Source: Candidatus Bathyarchaeota archaeon | GTDB taxonomy: Archaea > Thermoproteota > Bathyarchaeia > Bathyarchaeales > Bathycorpusculaceae | DNA length: 24,510 bases | Assembly: GCA_963777155.1 (NCBI GenBank) | Contig: CAVZPM010000030.1 | Location: 1 to 24,510 of the forward strand | Direction of reading: 5' to 3' | In this document: in pieces, positions 18,561 through 24,510 of the stretch | How positions within the stretch are numbered: position 1 is the stretch's first letter | How the letters are laid out: every line of letters starts with the position of its first letter | Translations under genes and position numbers: made by a program | The notes under the pieces: generated by a model | What the model saw: only the letters and a program-made list of their open reading frames with translations | What the model was told of the DNA's origin: nothing | Databases searched by the model: none

Positions 18561-20315
18561 TTACCCAGCAGTATACGGTTTGCCATCAACAATATTGGAA
18601 GAATCAATATCGTTTAGCAACCCGTTTTGTAAGACAAGGTTGTATGTGTTATTGTTCAAGTTGTTGCCCCTAAAAGTGTTTTCAGATGAGTTGAGCAACA
18701 CTATACCGCGATAATTGTTTTGGATAATGTTGTTTTTGATAAGGTTGCTGGATGAATTGTTTATGAAAATTCCATTAAAGCTGTATGTTATTGTGTTTCT
18801 TATTAGGCTACAGTTGTGAACATTATTCAGAAGGATTCCTCCACCTGCTCCAATTGAGAAGTTGCCACTGTTTTGTATTTTAAAGCCAGTGATGGTTACG
18901 TTGTCGCTGACTATGGTAAGCAAGGGGATGTTTAGCATGTTGTCTCTGATTGTTGCATCTTCATTTTGGCTGATTAACAAGACAGGTTTTGTTATTACTA
19001 TGTTTTCTTGATATGTTCCGGGTTCTACTAAAACGGTTGCTCCTTGATAAGTTGCGAAGGAAGTCATTGAATCCTGGATACTGTTGTAACCTAATCCATT
19101 GTCGATATTTGTTATTGGGAAGTTCATGTTTGTTCCGAAGTCGTTTGGCCAATAAAGGATTTTGTTATATTTGATTTGGATTAAATTCTTGAACTCTGGG
19201 TCACTATAGACGATGTCTAGGCTTGAATTAAATTGGTTAACGAGATTAGTAACGTCTTTGTACATTTTTTGTGTCCAAGTGTCGACCTGGTGATATTGCC
19301 ACACTGAATCGTTTGGGCTTCGGAAACCAAAGCCATATTCCTGTGGCAGTACTACTGCTTGGTCTGTCTTGATGCTGCCGTGTTTGCCAGGATTATGCTG
19401 TACATAATTCCAGAAGCTTTCTAACGCGTCGAAATGTTCCTGCGTCAAGGTGGTGGATGTGTAGTTTTGTGACGAGTCGTAGACAGCAATGTAGCTTGCA
19501 CCTGAATTGTAGGCTAAAACCATGTCATCGTACATTTGAGCACCAGATTCTAAATAAGGCGACTGATTGTAGGTCCAAGTAACTATGGCACCCCAAAGTT
19601 TGTTTTGAACATTTGCTGCTCCTCTTGTCAGCGAGAGTTGCATTTGACGAGAGTTATTCCAACCAAACTGGGTTAGAACTGTATCATATCCAAGTTCATA
19701 GTCAAACCAGTACAATGCATAATCGGATGTAAACAAAGAAGACTCTGAGTTTCGCATGAAATCAGCCGTAGCCGTTACGCCGCCAGCACCGTGAGTCCAC
19801 AACCAGAAATAATAGTTAGAATAATCCAAATAACTTTTTGGCGAATCAGCTAAAACTGGATTAGTTATAATTTCAGTGATATCAAGCTGACTTCCGCCTG
19901 GTTCATCATAATAGTATAAGCCAAGCAATTGATTTCCATAGCGCTCTTTTGCTGATGTAAACCATAAGGACGGAGTGTAACCGATACCTGTGTCATGGTT
20001 AAAATCTTGAAAATAAACTGGCATGAAATACATTCCAGCGTTATAAGCATAATCACATGTCTGGTTGAGCAAGACCTCATTACTGATTATCAAGGGTGAT
20101 GCGATGATAAGCAAGTTAGTATAATTTCTAACTTTATCAATCAATGCTTCGCATTCGCCAAGTGTGCTGTTCCACCCTATCTCAATTCCTACGAAGAAAG
20201 GTTCAGACGAATTTGAGGTTTGGTTTACTGAGATATAAAGAATATCCAAAACTACAAAGAAAGATGCGAGCATAAGCACTATTAACAAAATAGATAGAGT
20301 TTTTTTATGTTTCAA
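18561..20315 (-). CDS. Secreted/membrane-anchored protein with C-terminal right-handed beta-helix (NosD/CASH-like)
   Basis: N-terminal KHKK plus hydrophobic helix; V.PGTYQENIVI.KP, NVTITGFKI, repeated GI.L.NSS.N.I.NN.I; many NxS/T sequons. Confidence 0.85.
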   Translation of the reverse strand: MKHKKTLSILLIVLMLASFFVVLDILYISVNQTSNSSEPFFVGIEIGWNSTLGECEALIDKVRNYTNLLIIASPLIISNEVLLNQTCDYAYNAGMYFMPVYFQDFNHDTGIGYTPSLWFTSAKERYGNQLLGLYYYDEPGGSQLDITEIITNPVLADSPKSYLDYSNYYFWLWTHGAGGVTATADFMRNSESSLFTSDYALYWFDYELGYDTVLTQFGWNNSRQMQLSLTRGAANVQNKLWGAIVTWTYNQSPYLESGAQMYDDMVLAYNSGASYIAVYDSSQNYTSTTLTQEHFDALESFWNYVQHNPGKHGSIKTDQAVVLPQEYGFGFRSPNDSVWQYHQVDTWTQKMYKDVTNLVNQFNSSLDIVYSDPEFKNLIQIKYNKILYWPNDFGTNMNFPITNIDNGLGYNSIQDSMTSFATYQGATVLVEPGTYQENIVITKPVLLISQNEDATIRDNMLNIPLLTIVSDNVTITGFKIQNSGNFSIGAGGGILLNNVHNCSLIRNTITYSFNGIFINNSSSNLIKNNIIQNNYRGIVLLNSSENTFRGNNLNNNTYNLVLQNGLLNDIDSSNIVDGKPYTAG

Positions 20316-20561
20316 CGCCGCTTTTTCCTTGTCAATTTGTTTATTATATCAATTGTTGCAGTTGTTTAATTCTATATCTCATTTTAAACTGGAGGGAAAT
20401 AAATTCAGTGTTGAGTAGTTTCTATTTCAAGGACAGCTGAGCAAATAACAGAGAACATTTACGTGAAGATTACTACAACAAAATGTCCAAGAAATGGTTC
20501 TAGTAATCAAAAGGGAATATATTGTCTTATTTGATAATCCTTGGAGATTATTTGAGTAATA

Positions 20562-20678
20562 TTAGCGTTTAACACATTTTCCCGATGCGGCATCAAAATG
20601 GTTTGTGTCACCGTAATCGCAGGTTTTGCAGTCGTTTTTGATGTCTTGACCAAACGGGCAACCCTTCAAATCAGCCAT
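20562..20678 (-). CDS. 38-aa Cys-rich small protein (below the ORF-track cutoff)
   Basis: MADLKGCPFGQDIKNDCKTCDYGDTNHFDAASGKCVKR*; perfect GAGGTGA RBS at 20689-20683. Confidence 0.65.
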   Translation of the reverse strand: MADLKGCPFGQDIKNDCKTCDYGDTNHFDAASGKCVKR

Positions 20679-20693
20679 ACATTCACCTCAATA

Positions 20694-20769
20694 TGGTAGC
20701 CCGGGAGAGATTCGAACTCTCGTCAAGGACTCCAGAGGCCCCTATGCTTGACCACTACACCACCGGGCT
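20694..20769 (-). tRNA. tRNA-Gln(CUG), no intron, CCA encoded
   Basis: AGCCCGG/CCGGGCT acceptor stem (A1-U72), anticodon loop CT-CTG-GA, GAGAG-TTCGAAT-CTCTC T arm, ACCA end. Confidence 0.96.
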
Positions 20770-20806
20770 GCAGATTTGCAATAAAACATCGTTCCAACTA
20801 TTAACT

Positions 20807-21025
20807 TTAACTTTCCCCAGCTTTCCCATTGTCTCTTTCTTTAAGCGCTTCGCGAACGCAGTAGCATTCTTGACTAATCCTGTTGTAGCTTTCGCAACGC
20901 CAAAGCGTATCAACGATGGGATTTTTGCTTTTTCCATAACGGGTTGAACAAAACACTTTACGGGGATACTCAAAAGAGTTATGGCTGTCGCAGTTCCCGC
21001 AATATTCGCCCGCGTCATTATCCAT
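20807..21025 (-). CDS. Small Cys-rich hypothetical protein
   Basis: CGNC...C...C...CYC; ATG abuts the dys stop; GGAGG RBS. Confidence 0.75.
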   Translation of the reverse strand: MDNDAGEYCGNCDSHNSFEYPRKVFCSTRYGKSKNPIVDTLWRCESYNRISQECYCVREALKERDNGKAGES

Positions 21026-22048
21026 TTATTTTCCTCCCACTAAAAGTTTTTCTCGCTGCAAAAAAGAGTCCCGCTTAAAGTCTTCACCTAGCCGTTCTGT
21101 AACCGAAGCAACCAAAAAAGGAAAAACCATCAATGCCTCACCGATAACCATCACGTGGTCAGCTGAACCCTTCATCTTACCCCAACTCACCGTCTCCTCC
21201 AACGTCGAGCCCGACAACCCGCCTGTCTCAGGGCGATCCAAAGTGATCACTATACCATAATCCAAACCCTTTTTGGATGCTAAAGCCGAAGACTGGATGG
21301 TGTTACGTGGGACACCGCCGCCGATTACTATCATACCGTTCTTTGGGGATTTCGCGCAGATGCCACAGATAGTTGGCACGTCTTTGAAGGCGTCAACCTG
21401 AAGCACGTTCTTCTGGTCTTGCTGGGAAGCGTGAAGCCAATGGATAAAGCCGAATTCTGAATCGCGCACCGCCGGCAAAAAAATTGGAACACTCTCTTCG
21501 TATGCTGCACGCAAGATGGAGTTTTCGTCTGTTAGCCGTTTGCCCAATTCATAGGTGAATTCATCTGAAGCTAAATGTTCACCTTTGCGGTCCTTGGCTA
21601 TGTCAGTGTACATTTCTGAAAACTTGTAGTCTAATCTGACATAATCCTCTTCAGGCACAAAAATGTCGTAGATGCGAAAAAGATGGTACTTGTAGAGTTC
21701 GGTGTCATTTACCGCCCAGCCGCCCTTGTAGTGATGCCCCCCAACTGCTTCTATGGCATCATGAACCATGCAGGCACCCGTGCTTACAATCACGTCGACT
21801 AAGTGTTTTCTGATTAAGTCGGTAACTATAGTACGCATGCCCGCTGGAACCACCGCGCCTGAAAGCGCCAAAAAGATGGTGCAGTCTTTGTCTTTGAGCA
21901 TTTTCTCGTAGATGTCACACGCAGCTGCAAGCCGCCCCGCCCCTAAAGATCCTGAGTTCTTGAACTGTCCGATGAGTTGGTCAACGGTCAGGGCACCATC
22001 TATTTTTATGTGGTTTACGGGTTCTTTGAGGTAATCTTTTCTATCCAT
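21026..22048 (-). CDS. dys: Deoxyhypusine synthase
   Basis: SGAVVPAGMR, VSTGA..VHD..EA, IGGGVPRN, GGLSGSTLEETVSWGK with the active-site Lys. Confidence 0.95.
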   Translation of the reverse strand: MDRKDYLKEPVNHIKIDGALTVDQLIGQFKNSGSLGAGRLAAACDIYEKMLKDKDCTIFLALSGAVVPAGMRTIVTDLIRKHLVDVIVSTGACMVHDAIEAVGGHHYKGGWAVNDTELYKYHLFRIYDIFVPEEDYVRLDYKFSEMYTDIAKDRKGEHLASDEFTYELGKRLTDENSILRAAYEESVPIFLPAVRDSEFGFIHWLHASQQDQKNVLQVDAFKDVPTICGICAKSPKNGMIVIGGGVPRNTIQSSALASKKGLDYGIVITLDRPETGGLSGSTLEETVSWGKMKGSADHVMVIGEALMVFPFLVASVTERLGEDFKRDSFLQREKLLVGGK

Positions 22049-22329
22049 CAGGCTGCGCCTAAATGTTAGTTATTGGTATTATGGAAAAAGGTTTCTCTGT
22101 TCGAAGTGATAAACTTTCAGGAAAGAAAAAAAGAGCAATAGCCCTCAGTACGAGTTTTTCGTGTAATCAAAATAATACACCCATTGTCCAGGTTATCTGC
22201 TTGAATAAAGTCGGTTTCTACACTATTTGTAAAACATTATTTTGATTCATTATTGTGGTAAACTCTATTAGAAACAAGAAATCAAGTAGGTAAATAATAT
22301 TAAATCGTGGGCTAAGGGCACTTGACAGT

Positions 22330-22962
22330 ATGAACAGCAAAACAATCGGCATAATTGTTGCTTTCACCGCTCTAGCAACGGCATTAAACGTAATCAAGAT
22401 ACCAGTACCTTATCTGCTAACCTTCAGCTATACGTTAGGAGACATAGCCCTGATCGTAGCATTTCTTCTTTATGGTCCAAAACCCGGAGTCGCAGTCGCC
22501 TTCCTAAGCACAATAATAACAATGATAATTCTCCCTGGACCCGCCGTTCTATTTGGTCAACCATACTATCTAATTGGAATTTGCACTATGCTCCTGGGCG
22601 TATACGCTGCCTCCATAATCATCTCAAGGAGAAAGGAGCTTCAAGTTAGAGGCAATACAGTAATTTTGCTCACCGCACTCGCAATTTTGACCAGAACAAT
22701 ACTTATGTTTCCTTTAGACTACACCGTCTTCGGTGCCTTAGTATCTGTGGTATCGGGTTTGAGTATGGCTGAGGCCTATACATTAGTTAGAGGGACACTA
22801 CCTATGATTGTTCTGTATAATGTCACAGTGCCTCTTTATGTGGTTCCAACTAGTTATTATTTAGCAAAGAAACTTGCTAAATACCTGAAAATACAGAACA
22901 CTATACTGTTTCATGCAGAAACTTTTCCAGCTGACCAAGCTTACCAGAAAAATGCTCAATAG
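22330..22962 (+). CDS. ECF transporter S component (RibU-like fold, substrate unknown)
   Basis: TIGIIVAFTALATAL..IKIP...LGDI..IVAFLLYGP..G; about 6 TM helices. Confidence 0.75.
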   Translation: MNSKTIGIIVAFTALATALNVIKIPVPYLLTFSYTLGDIALIVAFLLYGPKPGVAVAFLSTIITMIILPGPAVLFGQPYYLIGICTMLLGVYAASIIISRRKELQVRGNTVILLTALAILTRTILMFPLDYTVFGALVSVVSGLSMAEAYTLVRGTLPMIVLYNVTVPLYVVPTSYYLAKKLAKYLKIQNTILFHAETFPADQAYQKNAQ

Positions 22963-23341
22963 ATAAGAAATGTTAGGGTATGCTGAGGCCTTGGCATAAG
23001 GAGAAAAGAGCAAATGCAAAAGCTCTTCTTTAACTATGCTACTTGTTAGTAATAGCCAAAGCCTACTCAGCCCCTCATCTCTGCACTACTGGAACATTTT
23101 CTTTCTGCCCTTAGTTGTCCCTTGACAACGTAACTCTGCTTACAAAGGTTTAACTATAAAAAACTTGCTAGAAAACAAAAAATAATTTGATTTTATTACA
23201 AAATTTCAATCTAAATCTTAATAAAAAATAATGAATCAGAAAAAAACTTTTAAAAGTTTAAAGACAGCTTACCCGACGCTTACTCTCTTTCAGGTTATGG
23301 CAAGCCTTTTATTTCCAGAAAGTTCTGCTTAATTCGGTGAA

Positions 23342-23776
23342 ATGATGCCAACAGTCAAAGATATCATGACAAAAGAGGTCGTAACAATCGACGAAAAAAG
23401 AAGCGTCTTTGAAGCAGCACAACTCATGACCCAAGAAGAGTTAGGATGCCTAATCGTCATAGACAAAGCCTTGCCCGTTGGAATAATAACCGAACGCGAC
23501 ATAGTCAGAAGAATCGTGGCAAAACGCAGCTCCCTCGACCTCAAAGTGTCGGAAGTCATGACTAACACACTCATAACAGTAAGTCCAGATACTTCACTTA
23601 GAGAAGCAGCAAGGGTAATGTTGGCAAACAAGATAAGGAGACTACCGGTTCTCAAAAACGATAAGCTGGTTGGGATAGTGGTTTCCTCAGACTTCGTGCG
23701 AAACGTAGGCAAAAAGACAACAACAGAAGAAATACTGGATGCCTTAGGACGCTACCCAACAGGACCAATAGCATAA
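23342..23776 (+). CDS. Stand-alone CBS-pair protein
   Basis: VKDIMT..V, GIITERDI, VSEVMT, IRRLPV, LVGIV; GGTGA RBS. Confidence 0.93.
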   Translation: MMPTVKDIMTKEVVTIDEKRSVFEAAQLMTQEELGCLIVIDKALPVGIITERDIVRRIVAKRSSLDLKVSEVMTNTLITVSPDTSLREAARVMLANKIRRLPVLKNDKLVGIVVSSDFVRNVGKKTTTEEILDALGRYPTGPIA

Positions 23777-23784
23777 AACAGCCA

Positions 23785-24510
23785 TCAAGTTTTCTTGAAG
23801 TTTTCAAATTGTATTTTGTAGTCGCTTTGTTTCCATAAGAAATCGTAGGAGTTATGCCCTTGATCAAGGTAGTTAATGACATCTACAAAGTCATCGGGGA
23901 CAATTAGAATGAGACAGAAGTATTTGCCGTAATGTCCTCTAAACATGGCAAGTTTACCAAGCGTATCTTCAAGGTTGTCTCTGATTCCATGCGGTTCCAG
24001 CACGACTTTCCTCCCTCTGTGGGTATATTGTGGCAAAAGAAAGTCTGGTTTGTATGTAAACGCTGGGTTATCTTTTGAGAGGTTAAACTCCATAAATTCA
24101 TAGGTGAAAATGACTTGTTTGCTTCGCAGAAAATCGTATACAGCAAGCTCCAAATCTGAAAAAGCCCCTGGCTCAATGCGTTCGCCAATTCGATTATAAT
24201 GGTAAACGACGGTTAAGTACCGCATCAGTGGCTGAAGAAATTCTTCATGTTTCTGAATGAAAAACTTCATCGATTTCTCTAAAGAAGCAGGCGTCAGGTC
24301 TGAGTATTCAAGCCAAACACCCAAGATAAAGAATGGAAAGTCAACCTTCGCAGGGTCATCTGAAAAAAGTTCTCTTGCAAAAGTAGTTAATTTGTCAGCG
24401 TCAGCATCGAATTCTTGGGTGTTAATCCACCAGCTCTCCGGCTTATTTTTGACACTCAATTTAAAGGGCAAGTTTTCGTCACTGCTAAGTCCCAGTGCAG
24501 CATAGACCCT
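23785..24510 (-). CDS. Hypothetical protein with C-terminal PD-(D/E)XK nuclease-like domain (5' partial)
   Basis: ELAVYDFL...FTYE...YKPDFLL...VLEPHG; frame stays open (RVYAALGLSSDEN) to the window edge. Confidence 0.65.
   Translation of the reverse strand, partial: RVYAALGLSSDENLPFKLSVKNKPESWWINTQEFDADADKLTTFARELFSDDPAKVDFPFFILGVWLEYSDLTPASLEKSMKFFIQKHEEFLQPLMRYLTVVYHYNRIGERIEPGAFSDLELAVYDFLRSKQVIFTYEFMEFNLSKDNPAFTYKPDFLLPQYTHRGRKVVLEPHGIRDNLEDTLGKLAMFRGHYGKYFCLILIVPDDFVDVINYLDQGHNSYDFLWKQSDYKIQFENFKKT

Noticed and set aside
20468-20508. Imperfect inverted repeat GATTACTACAAC...GTTCTAGTAATC
   Set aside because: Isolated, AT-rich, no second copy; too weak to call
17488-20693. Genomic island integrated at tRNA-Gln
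   Set aside because: No duplicated tRNA 3' end and no integrase found in the window
20693-21018. ORFs 20693-20947 (+) and 20755-21018 (-)
   Set aside because: They overlap the tRNA and the better-supported 72-aa gene
22975-23075. TPP or FMN riboswitch near the ECF gene
   Set aside because: GGG...GCTGAG is present, but the CCTGAT/TAATG/GCGTAGG core and the FMN consensus are missing

Overview
Archaeal chromosomal window, most likely a TACK lineage such as Bathyarchaeia. This is inferred from GGTGA/GGAGG ribosome-binding sites, TATA/BRE promoters, deoxyhypusine synthase, an A1-U72 tRNA-Gln and an A1Ao ATP synthase whose c subunit carries a leader peptide. The left half holds a DUF3892-DUF47-PiT phosphate-uptake cluster and a complete A1Ao ATP synthase locus. 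That locus is unusually arranged: atpI is on the opposite strand, an ATP-binding universal stress protein and a 64-aa helical ORF sit between atpD and atpK, and atpI and atpF each carry a single-base frameshift that is probably an assembly error. The middle holds an Aur1/IPC-synthase-like PAP2 enzyme, a radical SAM/SPASM enzyme and a GT2 glycosyltransferase, a candidate lipid-headgroup pathway. After these come a Zn-ribbon protein, PadR, a dodecin, DUF1508, hypothetical proteins and a secreted beta-helix protein. The right part holds dys, a Cys-rich ORF, tRNA-Gln(CUG) with a 38-aa Cys-rich ORF (absent from the ORF track) in its 3' trailer, an ECF S component, a CBS protein and a partial PD-(D/E)XK nuclease-like gene. 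No CRISPR array, rRNA, transposase or integrase was seen. All family calls come from motif recognition by eye, not database searches.
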